Source of the DNA: a virus
Taxonomy: Duplodnaviria; Caudoviricetes
IMG/VR virus record: IMGVR_UViG_3300045000_000068
Location: 1-52,377 of that record
Strand: one strand, 5' to 3'
Length of the DNA stretch: 52,377 nucleotides
The notes under the pieces are model-generated. The model saw nothing but the letters and a program-made list of their open reading frames with translations, did not search any database and was not told the origin of the DNA. This document shows, piece by piece, positions 29,698 through 39,386 of this stretch (positions are counted from its first letter, which is position 1; the number at the start of each line of letters is the position of its first letter). Position numbers and translations under genes: made by a program.

Positions 29698-29927
29698 GCG
29701 GCGTCCCGCAGCGCCTGGGCCAGGCCGGTGTACACCACGGCCATCACCCCGCACATGCACGCGTCTTCCTGGCAGTCACCGAGGCTGGCGCCCATCGCGG
29801 CGACCAGCACCGCGGCGTCGTTGACGCCGGCTTCGATCACGATGTCCACGGTCCTGCGGTCGGCCTCGTGGCCGGCGCGCCGCAAGCGCGTCGCCACCTC
29901 GGCCTGGAGGATCTCTCTGCTGTTCAC
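29694..29927 (-). CDS. Hypothetical protein
   Basis: Preceded by the GGAAGGGTGA motif (29931-29940). Confidence 0.6.
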   Translation of the reverse strand: MNSREILQAEVATRLRRAGHEADRRTVDIVIEAGVNDAAVLVAAMGASLGDCQEDACMCGVMAVVYTGLAQALRDAA

Positions 29928-30021
29928 GTCTCACCCTTCCGTCGCGCATACGCTGCGTCGCGTGATGCGGCTGCCGCACGGTCGTTCCCCCGAACGCCGA
30001 CAGGGCCAACCTTGCACCATG

Positions 30022-30039
30022 CTTGCCACGATGCGCAAG
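30022..30039. promoter_or_regulatory. Candidate operator CTTGC-N8-GCAAG
   Basis: CTTGC-CACGATGC-GCAAG upstream of the leftward operon. Confidence 0.5.
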
Positions 30040-30412
30040 GGGTAGTTGCACGCTCACCGGCATGTGCTGCCACTCGCGGCTGACGTACGTCGCGCGTCGC
30101 GCGCGTCTCGCGCGCGCGCAGTCGAACTGCCCAACCTGGGTGAGATCCAATGGCTTGCACCTTGTCGGCCGCCCTTCGGGGGGCGGCCCAACCAGTGACA
30201 TCGGATGTCAACCGCAACCCATGCAGCCCAACCGCATGCCCCCCCGTAGGTCCCCCAAGCTACAGCCCGCTTCCGACGGGATCTAACGCTCGGCCATCTG
30301 GGCGTATGCAAATCGGACCTGTTGACGAGGGCTGGACCTTTCGGGCACGTCGGGTACCTTAGAGCGTCCGCGCCGCGATCGGTGTGGTAAGGCCCCCCGG
30401 GAGGCGTGCACG

Positions 30413-30568
30413 ATGCTGGGCACCACGAGTGATCAGACCTTCGCGTTGATCGTCACTGCTGACGGAATGCTCGAGATCGAGCTTGGCGCACGGTTCAGTG
30501 ATGCCGACATTGACCTGACCGTGGCCTCCGCCAGGGCTGTCGCCGAGGCGCTCGACCACCGCAACTGA
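30413..30568 (+). CDS. Small hypothetical protein (51 aa)
   Basis: GGAGG RBS; MLGTTSDQTF...; not in the ORF track. Confidence 0.45.
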   Translation: MLGTTSDQTFALIVTADGMLEIELGARFSDADIDLTVASARAVAEALDHRN

Positions 30569-30596
30569 TCTTTAGATCCCGTCGGCAGGGGGTTGT

Positions 30597-30620
30597 AACC
30601 TTGCCACTGTGGGCAAGGTT
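30597..30620. promoter_or_regulatory. Candidate operator AACCTTGCC-N6-GGCAAGGTT overlapping a TAACCT -10-like box and the GTG start
   Basis: 9-bp perfect arms. Confidence 0.6.
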
Positions 30621-31154
30621 GAGCTGTATCCGCTCGTCGGGCTCGTTGGGCCGGCTGGAGCAGGCAAGGACACGACGGCCGGGCTGCTCGTCGTGGAGCA
30701 CGAGTTCTTCCGCGTGGCATTTGCCGAGCGGCTCCGCGCGTTCGTACGAGCGATCGACCCCGCGTGGGCCATCGCCGAGCGGGCGTTCGGCGGATACGAG
30801 AACGCGAAGCGCAACCTCAACGGGTTCCGCGAGCGGCTGATCGAGGTCGGCGACGCCGCCCGCGCGGAGATCAGCCCGCACGTCTGGGTGGACGCGCTCG
30901 AGCCCGAGGTGGAGCGGCTGCGCGCGACCCGCGCGGTTGTGATCAGCGACGTCCGGAAGGCCGTTGAGGCCGAGTGGATCAGAGACTGCGGCGGCTCCCT
31001 GGTCGCGGTCTACCGGCAGGGCTTCGAGCCCGACAACGCCGAGATCGCCCGGCTGATGCTCGACGGCGACTTCGAGCTGAACAACTCCGGCACCCCGGAA
31101 GCTCTCGCCGGGGCGGTGGCCGAGCTCGTCTCGTGGCTGGCGGACGAGAACTGA
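30609..31154 (+). CDS. Deoxynucleoside monophosphate kinase
   Basis: GPAGAGKDT P-loop, FAERLR, VISDVR. Confidence 0.85.
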   Translation: MGKVELYPLVGLVGPAGAGKDTTAGLLVVEHEFFRVAFAERLRAFVRAIDPAWAIAERAFGGYENAKRNLNGFRERLIEVGDAARAEISPHVWVDALEPEVERLRATRAVVISDVRKAVEAEWIRDCGGSLVAVYRQGFEPDNAEIARLMLDGDFELNNSGTPEALAGAVAELVSWLADEN

Positions 31155-31621
31155 TGGGCCTCCGCGCGTATAGGGACCCCGAGAAGCGGCGCGCCCAGCG
31201 TTGGCGGGAGAAGGCCAGGGCCCGGCTTGTCATGTACGGCCACCCGCCGGTGCTTGAGACCTTCACCAGGGCGGATGTCGTGGCGCTCTACGGCGACCGG
31301 TGCCGATATTGCGCCAATGGGCCGTTCGAGCACCTGGATCACGTGGTCCCTCTCTGCGTGGGGGGGCACCACACTCTGATCAACGTCCGCCCGTCCTGTG
31401 CGGCGTGCAACAACCGCAAGCAGGGAGTCGAAGCGAGGATTCGCGGCGCGGCGCCGCTCGGGTCTGCGGCCGAGGCTGTCGCGTACTTCGTCGCCGAGCT
31501 GGCCGGGGACGGCCCAGGCCCCCACACCCTCGCCGAGCGCCCCACGCTGCGCCCCACGCTGCTCGCCCGCATCGCCGAGCTGGAGGCCGAGAACGCTCGG
31601 CTGCGAGAGGACGCCGCATGA
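31154..31621 (+). CDS. HNH endonuclease
   Basis: CRYC...DHVVPL..GG.H...N...SC..CN..K. Confidence 0.85.
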   Translation: MGLRAYRDPEKRRAQRWREKARARLVMYGHPPVLETFTRADVVALYGDRCRYCANGPFEHLDHVVPLCVGGHHTLINVRPSCAACNNRKQGVEARIRGAAPLGSAAEAVAYFVAELAGDGPGPHTLAERPTLRPTLLARIAELEAENARLREDAA

Positions 31622-31968
31622 CGCCGCGCGTGGTGCTGCTGTCCAACTCCCCGGGCCTCCGCAAGGCGGTGCGCAACGCGCTCGCGCCGCTCAAGGTGAC
31701 CGCGCAGCGGGTCACGCCGACAGAGGCCGGCCGGGTGGGACTCAAGGCCGACGCGATCGCGACGACCACAGCGCTGACCAGCCAGGTGGCGTGGCTGTCG
31801 ATGCGCCTCGGCTGCCCGCTGGTGTTTGTCCTCCCCGAGGCGGCCCAGGCGCTGACCGACTTCGTGGCGAAGAACCCCGGCGCGGTGCTCGCGGGCAACG
31901 ACCTGGCCCGCGCCGACTCGCTGTTCCGCGCGGAGACCGCTGGTGGCGAACAGGAAGTGATCTTGTGA
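31618..31968 (+). CDS. Hypothetical protein
   Basis: Coupled overlaps. Confidence 0.6.
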   Translation: MTPRVVLLSNSPGLRKAVRNALAPLKVTAQRVTPTEAGRVGLKADAIATTTALTSQVAWLSMRLGCPLVFVLPEAAQALTDFVAKNPGAVLAGNDLARADSLFRAETAGGEQEVIL

Positions 31969-32813
31969 CGGAGGCAGCGAGCGTGACCCTGATCCTTCCC
32001 CCCTCGGTGGACCCCAAGCGGGACTGGGTGAAGCGGCCCCTGGTCTACCCGGTGGGCTCCGACCCGGCCAAGGACAAGACCAAGGCGTACACCCGGGTCA
32101 CGACGTTCGTCGGGGCGCTCGAGGACAACTTCAACCTGACCAAGTGGCAGCTCCGGCAGGCGATGATCGGCCTCGCCGACCGGCCGGACCTGCTGCTCTC
32201 GGTCAGCGCGCACCGCGACGACAAGGACGAGCTCAACGCCATCGCCGAGAAGGCGATCGAAGCGTCCAAGGCCGGTGCCTCGGCCGTGTCCGGGACCGCG
32301 TACCACCTGCTGACCGAGAAGATCGACCGGGGCGAGCCCCTGCCGTTCCTCCCCGAGTCCGCACGGCTGGACCTGGAGGCGTTCCGGATCAGGACCGCCG
32401 GCCTGACGGTGTGCGAGATCGAGCGGTTCCTGGTGAACGACGAGCTCCAGGCCGCCGGTACCACGGACCGGATCTACGACGTGCCCGGCTTCGGCCGGGT
32501 GATCGGTGACACCAAGACCGGCAAGAGCGTCGAGCTGGGCATCTTGAAGATCGCCATGCAGCTCGCGACCTACTCGCGGTCCAAGGCGTACTGCGTCGAC
32601 TCCGGCCAGCGGTTCGACATCGACGTGTCCCAGGACTGGGGCCTGATCGTCCACCTGCCCGCCGGCACCGGGGCCTGTCACCTGTGGTGGGTGAACCTCC
32701 AGATCGGGTGGGCCGGCGTCCAGCTCGCCAAGGCCGTCCGCGAGTTCCGAAAGATCAAGTTCAAGGATCTCACGCATGAGATCCCCCCCGCAGCCGTGGA
32801 GGCAGCCGCATGA
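31965..32813 (+). CDS. PD-(D/E)xK exonuclease (Cas4/RecB-like)
   Basis: YTRVTT, GTAYH, GTTDRI...IGDTKTG...QLATY. Confidence 0.85.
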   Translation: MTEAASVTLILPPSVDPKRDWVKRPLVYPVGSDPAKDKTKAYTRVTTFVGALEDNFNLTKWQLRQAMIGLADRPDLLLSVSAHRDDKDELNAIAEKAIEASKAGASAVSGTAYHLLTEKIDRGEPLPFLPESARLDLEAFRIRTAGLTVCEIERFLVNDELQAAGTTDRIYDVPGFGRVIGDTKTGKSVELGILKIAMQLATYSRSKAYCVDSGQRFDIDVSQDWGLIVHLPAGTGACHLWWVNLQIGWAGVQLAKAVREFRKIKFKDLTHEIPPAAVEAAA

Positions 32814-33355
32814 CCGAGTCCCCCTTCTCAATCCAGGTCCGCTCGGACACCGTCTGGCTGACGGTCAAGGGCTCCGACTTCGACGACTTCTGGGGCAACC
32901 TGGTGATCGCCGTGGGCGAGGATGAGGCCGAGGTGGCGATCGCCCGGTTCCGTGCCCGGCAGACCCTCGCCGACGCCGGGATCACCGGGAGGATCGTCGC
33001 CCCGCCGGCGGCCGCGAACGAGCAGCCGGCCGCACCGGCCGCGCCCCCCGCGGCACCGCCCGCACCGCCGGCTCCGCCGACGTGGACACCCCCGCCCGCT
33101 GCCGCCCCCCCGGCGCCCCCGGCGTACCAGCCCCCGGCTGCCCCGCCCGCGCCTGCCGCGGCCCCCGCGGCGGGTGACCCGGACGCGTGGAAGGCCAACC
33201 CGCCGTACTGCGACCACAAGCTGCCGCGGTCCCCGTACTCGGGCACCAACTCCCGCGGTGAGTACTTCGTGTTCTTCTGCGGCGCCCCGAAGACCACGCC
33301 GAAGGACCAGAAGTGCAAGCCCGTGGACGCGATCACCGGCGCTGAGTGGAAGTGA
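32810..33355 (+). CDS. Pro/Ala-linker protein with C-terminal Cys/His domain
   Basis: PAAP repeats; CDH...FFC...C. Confidence 0.7.
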   Translation: MTESPFSIQVRSDTVWLTVKGSDFDDFWGNLVIAVGEDEAEVAIARFRARQTLADAGITGRIVAPPAAANEQPAAPAAPPAAPPAPPAPPTWTPPPAAAPPAPPAYQPPAAPPAPAAAPAAGDPDAWKANPPYCDHKLPRSPYSGTNSRGEYFVFFCGAPKTTPKDQKCKPVDAITGAEWK

Positions 33356-33825
33356 TGTCGATGCAGGTCGGCGACACGCTCGACGCGGCCCAGGTCAACA
33401 CCCTGCCGGTCGGGGCCATCGTGCGGCACGAGCGCCCGTCGGGCAGCTACGCGACCGTGGTTGTCCGCGTGGGCGCGGGCTTCCACTGGTCGGACTCGGA
33501 ATCCAGCCACCCGGCGTTCGAGGACAAGATCTACGCGCGGGGCCCGTGGACGCTGGTGTTCCTGCCGCCGGTCAAGCCGCTCAAGGTCGGCGACATCATC
33601 GACACCGAGGAGCAGGCCGCGCGCCTGCCGATCGGCTCGGTGGTTGTGGACACCGCGGACCACGACGCCGCACGCCGGCCCGCGATCAAGATCCGAAGCG
33701 ACCTCTGGCTGTTCGAGGAGGAAGGGCCTCGCTACCTCTCGACGAGCGAGATCGACTTCGAGGGGTCGGACGTCCTCGTCTACCTGCCCGATGCAGACAC
33801 CGGCTCAGGCCGCACGGCGGCGTGA
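33355..33825 (+). CDS. Hypothetical protein with a two-fold internal repeat
   Basis: VGDTLD...LPVGAIV and VGDIID...LPIGSVV. Confidence 0.6.
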   Translation: MSMQVGDTLDAAQVNTLPVGAIVRHERPSGSYATVVVRVGAGFHWSDSESSHPAFEDKIYARGPWTLVFLPPVKPLKVGDIIDTEEQAARLPIGSVVVDTADHDAARRPAIKIRSDLWLFEEEGPRYLSTSEIDFEGSDVLVYLPDADTGSGRTAA

Positions 33826-34603
33826 CGATTCCGGGGCGCGGCTACCGCAGCCGTGGGCCAGCGCGGCGGCGCAGTCTGTGTTCTTCCGCCGCGGCCAGCT
33901 CGCGATGCTGGTGGCCGCCCCCGGGGTCGGCAAGTCGGTCGTCACCACCGCGTACGTAGTCCAGTCCGGGGCCCACACGCTCTACCTGAGCATGGACACC
34001 GACGCCTACACAACGTCGGTCCGGCTGATCGCCTCGGAGCTCGGCTGCACCCTCTCGGAGGCCGAGGCCGGCCGGTCGGCGCGGGCCCCGTGGGCGCTCG
34101 AAGCGCTCGGCAAGATCCGGAACGTCCACTTCGGCTTCCCGTCGTCTCCCGACGAGCGGGAGATCGCGGAGCGGCTGCTCGCCTACCGCGAGGCCGAGGG
34201 GGAGTATCCCGAGCTCCTGATCCTGGACAACCTGAGCAACATCGCGTTCGACGACGAGGAGTTCACCGGGTTCCGCCGGCTGATGCGGGAGCTCCAGACG
34301 GTGGCGTCACGCACCGGGACCGCGATCCTCGTTCTGCACCACGCGGTCGGCGAATACGAGAACGGCGACAAGCCCATTCCGATGGGCGGCGTTTCCGGGA
34401 AGCTCTCGAAGTTCCCCGCGCTGATCCTGACCGCCTACCGGCAAGAGGGAAACGCGCTCGGCTTCTCGGTGGTGAAGAACCGTTTCGGTCCCGCGAGCCC
34501 GTCGGGAGGCGGTGTTATGTTCTCTTTGCAGGCGGACATGGAACGCGTGCAGATCCGCGACAATCCGCACCCCACACTCTGGAGACGAAACGGTGAGCAG
34601 TAA
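33791..34603 (+). CDS. DnaB/RecA-like replicative helicase
   Basis: AAPGVGKS Walker A, LILDNL, VLHH, VKNRFG. Confidence 0.85.
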   Translation: MQTPAQAARRRDDSGARLPQPWASAAAQSVFFRRGQLAMLVAAPGVGKSVVTTAYVVQSGAHTLYLSMDTDAYTTSVRLIASELGCTLSEAEAGRSARAPWALEALGKIRNVHFGFPSSPDEREIAERLLAYREAEGEYPELLILDNLSNIAFDDEEFTGFRRLMRELQTVASRTGTAILVLHHAVGEYENGDKPIPMGGVSGKLSKFPALILTAYRQEGNALGFSVVKNRFGPASPSGGGVMFSLQADMERVQIRDNPHPTLWRRNGEQ

Positions 34604-34781
34604 CGGACACGAGCCCGGACTCATTGATCGGGACACCCATGATGAGCTGGACTCCGCGGTTCGGACTTTCGCCGAGACGCTCTACGAGGCCGGCTTCCCC
34701 CCGGAGCTGGCGCTCGACATCGCATGGTCGCTGACCACGCTCCCCGCACTGACCAAGCGAGTGACGGAGGACGACTGGTGA
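34593..34781 (+). CDS. Hypothetical protein
   Basis: GGAG RBS; coupled. Confidence 0.5.
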   Translation: MSSNGHEPGLIDRDTHDELDSAVRTFAETLYEAGFPPELALDIAWSLTTLPALTKRVTEDDW

Positions 34782-34987
34782 GCGCCATCATGAGCGGTTA
34801 CGGAACCCCTGTCGTGACCAGCGATCGCCCGGTGCTGGGGCTTCGCTACGGGGTTCACCTCGCGTACGTCGGGCCCGGCGGTCGGATGCTCCGGCGCGAC
34901 GAGGTAGGCCCGAGGCACCTCGCCGGATTCCTGTTCAACACGCCCCGGGGCGCGTTGTGGCTGTACTTCCGGCGGTGGGCTAGATGA
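34778..34987 (+). CDS. Hypothetical protein
   Basis: GTGA overlap, GGAGG RBS. Confidence 0.5.
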   Translation: MSAIMSGYGTPVVTSDRPVLGLRYGVHLAYVGPGGRMLRRDEVGPRHLAGFLFNTPRGALWLYFRRWAR

Positions 34988-35157
34988 GCGAGCCCGACGG
35001 CTACTCCGTGCTGATCCTGGGCGCGCTGAACTTCCGCAGCGTCGCCGGTGTCCGGATGTACGAGGGCACCGCTCCGGAGAAGGACGTGGCCGACCGCCGA
35101 AAGCAAAACCGGGCGGCCCGGAAGTCACGCCGGATCAATCGCAGGAGGTCCGGATGA
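34984..35157 (+). CDS. Small basic protein (57 aa)
   Basis: MSEPDG...YEGT...RRKQNRAARKSRRINRRR; ATGA overlaps. Confidence 0.6.
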   Translation: MSEPDGYSVLILGALNFRSVAGVRMYEGTAPEKDVADRRKQNRAARKSRRINRRRSG

Positions 35158-35303
35158 AGTGTCCCGAGTACGGCGAATGCCGGGACGCCGAGCACTGCCA
35201 GGCGGGTGGTCTCTGCTGCCTGGCGGTGGCGCCGAGCGACACCGGGCCCCTGGAGGCGGCGATCACCGCCGCTGCGCGGAGGCTCACGGAGGCGGACCGG
35301 TGA
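35154..35303 (+). CDS. Small Cys-rich protein (49 aa)
   Basis: AGGAGG RBS, ATGA overlap. Confidence 0.5.
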   Translation: MKCPEYGECRDAEHCQAGGLCCLAVAPSDTGPLEAAITAAARRLTEADR

Positions 35304-35539
35304 CCCGCGGGCCCTGGCCGGCGTGGCTGGTCGCCGTGGTCGGCAGCTTCGCGGTGCTGGAGTACGCCGCGGTGGGCCGCGGGTGGCACCCGTCGCTGTC
35401 GATGTACCTGCGCAGCGTGATGGGCATCCACCCGAAGACGCGGCTCGGCCGGGTCACCCCGGTTGCGTTCGCCGCGTTCTGGCTCTGGGTGGTCATCCAC
35501 CTGGTGGCGGACGTGGTCCACGAGGCGGCCGAGTCGTGA
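35300..35539 (+). CDS. Small membrane protein
   Basis: Two hydrophobic segments. Confidence 0.6.
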   Translation: MTRGPWPAWLVAVVGSFAVLEYAAVGRGWHPSLSMYLRSVMGIHPKTRLGRVTPVAFAAFWLWVVIHLVADVVHEAAES

Positions 35540-35697
35540 ACCGGAAGGCGCGCATCTGGGCCACGTGGAGCTGGCTCGGCAGCAGGTGGCTCTGGAACTA
35601 CCGGGTTCCCCGACTCGACGGGGCGGACTACGCGGGCACCGCCAAGAGCTGGGAGGCCGCGATGTTCCAGGTCTCGATGTTGCGGGAGGCGCTATGA
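35536..35697 (+). CDS. Small Trp-rich hypothetical protein
   Basis: Coupled overlaps. Confidence 0.45.
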   Translation: MNRKARIWATWSWLGSRWLWNYRVPRLDGADYAGTAKSWEAAMFQVSMLREAL

Positions 35698-36158
35698 GGG
35701 TCGGGTTCACCGGCGCCCGCGCCGGCATGACGACGGATCAGGGGCTCGCCCTGCGCGGCATGCTGGTCCAGGTCCGCCGGGAGTACGGCGCCTACGCGTT
35801 CCACCACGGCCAGTGCGTGGGCGCGGACGAGCAGGCCGCGAGCATCGCCGACGAGCTCGGCTTCCTGGTCGTCTCCCACCCGCCGACGGACTGGGTCCTG
35901 CGGTCGACGTACCCGGCGCACATCACCCGGGACTCGCTCGGCTACCTGGAGCGGGACCGGGAGATCGTGCACGAGTCGACGGCCCTGATCGCCTGCCCGG
36001 CGAGCGACGTCGAGCAGCCGCGCGGCGGCACGTGGTACACGATCCGCTACGCGCGCAAGGTGCGGCACCCGCTGACCGTGATCGGGCCGGGGGGCGCGGT
36101 CATCGAGCAGTCGAACTGGCCGATCGCCCCGGTCGTCCCGCGTGCCGACACCGGCTAG
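35694..36158 (+). CDS. SLOG-family (DprA/YspA-like) protein
   Basis: VGFTGAR, HHGQCVGAD, RDREIV, GGTWYTIRYA. Confidence 0.75.
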   Translation: MRVGFTGARAGMTTDQGLALRGMLVQVRREYGAYAFHHGQCVGADEQAASIADELGFLVVSHPPTDWVLRSTYPAHITRDSLGYLERDREIVHESTALIACPASDVEQPRGGTWYTIRYARKVRHPLTVIGPGGAVIEQSNWPIAPVVPRADTG

Positions 36159-36621
36159 GCGCTGCTGCAAGGACTGCCCGCCCGGCTCGAAGCGGCCCGC
36201 CCCGCACCGGGGGCCGCGGTGCTCCACGCATCACGACACCGAGCAGGCCCGGCTCCGTGAGGCCGAGTGGGGGCGGCACATCTGGACGACGTACCGCCTG
36301 ACCCCCGCGCAGTACTGGGCGATCCACGCCAAGCAGGGCGGGGCGTGCGCGATCTGCCAGCGCGCGAAGGGCCGGCCGCCCGGCGCGACGGCGAAAGACA
36401 AGCGGAAGCGGCTGTCCGTCGACCACAACCACCGGTGCTGCAAGACCACACCGACCTGCGGCCGGTGCACACGGGGGCTGTGCTGCACGACCTGCAACAA
36501 GCGGGTCCTGGGCCACCTGCGTGACGACCCGGAGGCGTTCCTCCGAGGCGCTGAGTACATCACCAATCCACCCGCGAGGGAGATCGTCTGTGGAACAGGC
36601 CAAGAGGGTCACGCTGCCTAA
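36142..36621 (+). CDS. Endonuclease VII (Holliday junction resolvase)
   Basis: YRLT...Q.G.CAIC...VDHNH...RGLCC..CN..LG. Confidence 0.85.
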   Translation: MPTPARRCCKDCPPGSKRPAPHRGPRCSTHHDTEQARLREAEWGRHIWTTYRLTPAQYWAIHAKQGGACAICQRAKGRPPGATAKDKRKRLSVDHNHRCCKTTPTCGRCTRGLCCTTCNKRVLGHLRDDPEAFLRGAEYITNPPAREIVCGTGQEGHAA

Positions 36622-36868
36622 CGGAACCGAGCTGGACATCAGCCCGGAGCGGCCGTTCTCCCGCTTCCTCAAGGTGACCGCGCAGAACGTCACGGTGCGG
36701 TATTCGCTCAACGAGGCGGGGGAGATCTACGAGCTGCTCCGCGGCTACTTCGAGAACCAGCCGGCTCACCCGGCGGAGGCCGTCCACGGCATCCCGCCGC
36801 TGGACCCGCGCGCCGCGTTCAGCGAGGACGAGATGCGCCAGGTGATGAGCAAGGGGCGCGAGCTGTGA
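36590..36868 (+). CDS. Hypothetical protein
   Basis: GGAG RBS; coupled. Confidence 0.55.
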   Translation: MEQAKRVTLPNGTELDISPERPFSRFLKVTAQNVTVRYSLNEAGEIYELLRGYFENQPAHPAEAVHGIPPLDPRAAFSEDEMRQVMSKGREL

Positions 36869-37191
36869 TCGACTACCAGCGGTTCACCCGCGACACAGCG
36901 ATCTACCCCGGCGCGATGACGGGCAGCGTCCAGGCGCTCACGTATCTCGCGCTCGGCCTGACCGGCGAGGCCGGCGAGATCGCGAACAAGGCGAAGAAGC
37001 TGCTCCGCGACGGCGACACCCCGGAGCTCCGCTACGCCCTGACGGGCGAGCTCGGCGACGTGCTGTGGTATCTGACGCGCCTCGCGGACGAGCTGTACAT
37101 CTCGCTCGAGTCGCTGGCGGCGAGCAACGCGGCGAAGCTGCGCGACCGCCAGGTGCGCGGCGTGCTCGGCGGGTCGGGTGACCACCGGTGA
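36865..37191 (+). CDS. MazG-like nucleotide pyrophosphohydrolase
   Basis: GLTGEAGE...KK..RD...ELGDVLWY...GSGD.R. Confidence 0.88.
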   Translation: MIDYQRFTRDTAIYPGAMTGSVQALTYLALGLTGEAGEIANKAKKLLRDGDTPELRYALTGELGDVLWYLTRLADELYISLESLAASNAAKLRDRQVRGVLGGSGDHR

Positions 37192-38283
37192 GCGGGGCCA
37201 CCAGGGTGTACTACCGGCCCGCCCACTGGGTTGGGCCGCAGTCGGTCCTGCGGCTGATGGTGAACGACGTCGACATGTCGGGCATCGTCTCGAAGATCGT
37301 CGTCGAGTCGAACGGTTCGCACTCCACGGTCACGCTGACGCTGCCCGCGTGCGACGTCCAGGTCGATTCGATCGGGACGGAGAGCTGGTGAGCGCCGAGA
37401 CCCGGAGTGCGGACTACCTCCAGGGCTGGGCCGAGGCGCTGGAGTACACGGCCAAGTTCCCCAAGGTCCGGGACCTGCTCGGCGACGTGGCCCTACAGGC
37501 GGCGTTCACCGGCACCGAGTGGGCGGAGCTTCCCGCGCTCGTCGCGAAGCTCCGCGCGGACCGCGAGCTCGTGCTCTCGCTGTGCAAGCGGGACGTCGGC
37601 AGCGACCGGGCCGCGTACCAGCTCGCCTACGACATCATCCGCGCACTGGAGAGCCCATGACCCAGACGACCGAGTTGCCGAATTTCATCGGCGGCCCGTG
37701 GTGTGGGCGGCCGGTCACCGTGACCGGCGCGCTGCACGACGAGATCGAGCTGGAGGGCGGCGCCGGCAGCTATCACAAGCTGGCCGCGGTGCCGAACTGG
37801 CTGGTCGACATCCCGTTCCGGCCCAGCTACCCGGTCTACCTGTGGGAGCCGGTCTACCACGACCTGGGGGCAGCGTGAACGGCCACCAGCACCACCTCCG
37901 GATCGTGGAGGACGTGCCGCCGGACATCGACGACGACGACGGCGGCGGCGGTGACGACGGCGAGGACATGGTCATGATCGAAGTCGGGATCTCCGGATCC
38001 GACGACGTGTTCCACGGGGCCCGCGTGCTCCTGCCTGCCGGGGCCTCACCAGAGGCGGTCGCGCAGGAGCTGCTGATGACGATGCGCGGCGCCGTCGCCG
38101 CGTACGACGTAGACGTTCAGCTCGCGCTCGAGCGTCGCCTGCTGCACTGGGGAGACCAGAGTGAGCGCTGACCTGATCCAGTTCGCTGCCGAGCTGTTCG
38201 CCGCGTTCCTCGGTGCCGTCGGGGGCTGCTTCGCCGGTCAGCGCATCGTCGACTGGGTGCAGCGGTACCGCGGGCCGCGGTGA
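37188..38283 (+). CDS. Five coupled small hypothetical genes (37188-37391, 37388-37660, 37657-37878, 37875-38171, 38161-38283)
   Basis: Chain of mostly GTGA/ATGA overlaps. Confidence 0.5.
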
Positions 38284-38624
38284 GCGGCCGGGAGTTCGAC
38301 GAGACTCCGATCTTCCCGATCCTGGACATCCTCCACCACTACGGCGGAGACGGCCCGTCGTCGCAACGGCAGTGGGCGCCGTGCCGGTGCCCGTTCCACG
38401 GGGACGACCGGAATCCCAGCGCCACGGTGAACGTGCAGGCCCAGAGGTTTATGTGCCACGTATGCATGGAGCGAAGCGAAGATGCGATCGGGCTGGTGAT
38501 GCAGAATGAGCAGCTCGAATTCAAGGACGCTGTCGAGTTCTGCCAGGGCATCTCTACAGCTATCAACGATCCGCTACGCGGAAGCGCTCGCAAACAGCGC
38601 GGAATCTCTTCGCTATTTGAGTGA
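38280..38624 (+). CDS. DNA primase zinc-binding domain
   Basis: CPFHGDDRNPS...CHVC. Confidence 0.85.
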   Translation: MSGREFDETPIFPILDILHHYGGDGPSSQRQWAPCRCPFHGDDRNPSATVNVQAQRFMCHVCMERSEDAIGLVMQNEQLEFKDAVEFCQGISTAINDPLRGSARKQRGISSLFE

Positions 38625-39186
38625 GCGCGGCATCCATATCGACCCGGAGATGCCGGAAGAGATCGGCAACCCGTGGATGCTGGGGCTGGTCGCCCAGCCG
38701 GACCCGGAACACGAGGGGTTTGCCGGCCGGCTCGCGATCCCGTACACCACGCCGCGCGGGCCGGGCCCGGTCGGGATGAAGTTCAGGTGCCTGCGGCACA
38801 CCGACTGCAAAGCGGTCGACTGCCCGAAGTACCTCGCCCACACCGGCATGGGTCAGCGGCTGTACAACGTCGGCGCGTTCCAGGTCGAGTCGGACACCAT
38901 CGGGATCACCGAGGGGGAGTTCGATGCGATCGTGGCGTCCGAGGCGGGCATCCCGTCGGTGGCGGTGCCCGGAGTGAAGGGCTGGCACGACGCGTGGCAG
39001 TTCTGTTTCGAAGGCTATTCGCGTGTGCTGGTGTTTGGTGACGGCGACGACGCGGGTCGCCCGTTCGCCGAGAAAATCTGCGCACTGGTTCAAAACGCGC
39101 AGGTGGTGCACTTCCCCGACGGTCACGACGTCACGAGCTTCGTGATCGAGCACGGGGCTGACGCATTGAGAGAGAGAACAGCATGA
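38506..39186 (+). CDS. DNA primase Toprim domain (start uncertain)
   Basis: ITEGEFDAI, VPG...W, FGDGDDAG, DVTS. Confidence 0.85.
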   Translation: MSSSNSRTLSSSARASLQLSTIRYAEALANSAESLRYLSERGIHIDPEMPEEIGNPWMLGLVAQPDPEHEGFAGRLAIPYTTPRGPGPVGMKFRCLRHTDCKAVDCPKYLAHTGMGQRLYNVGAFQVESDTIGITEGEFDAIVASEAGIPSVAVPGVKGWHDAWQFCFEGYSRVLVFGDGDDAGRPFAEKICALVQNAQVVHFPDGHDVTSFVIEHGADALRERTA

Positions 39187-39386
39187 GTCGTGTCATCGTC
39201 CAGACCGAGCTCACCGCCCGGGTGACGTCTTCCCTCAGCGGCCACTTCGAGCCCGACGACGTGGCCGCGCTGGCCGCCGAGGCGAAGCGCGCTGGCGCCT
39301 GGACGGTGTTCGTGGAGGAGAGGGGCGACGGGGACGGGTACGACCTGGTCTTCCGGGCCCCGGCGGGCGAGCAGGCCCGCCGATGA
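39183..39386 (+). CDS. Hypothetical protein
   Basis: ATGA overlap. Confidence 0.5.
   Translation: MSRVIVQTELTARVTSSLSGHFEPDDVAALAAEAKRAGAWTVFVEERGDGDGYDLVFRAPAGEQARR

Noticed and set aside
32995-33175. C-rich repeats
   Set aside because: They encode a Pro/Ala linker
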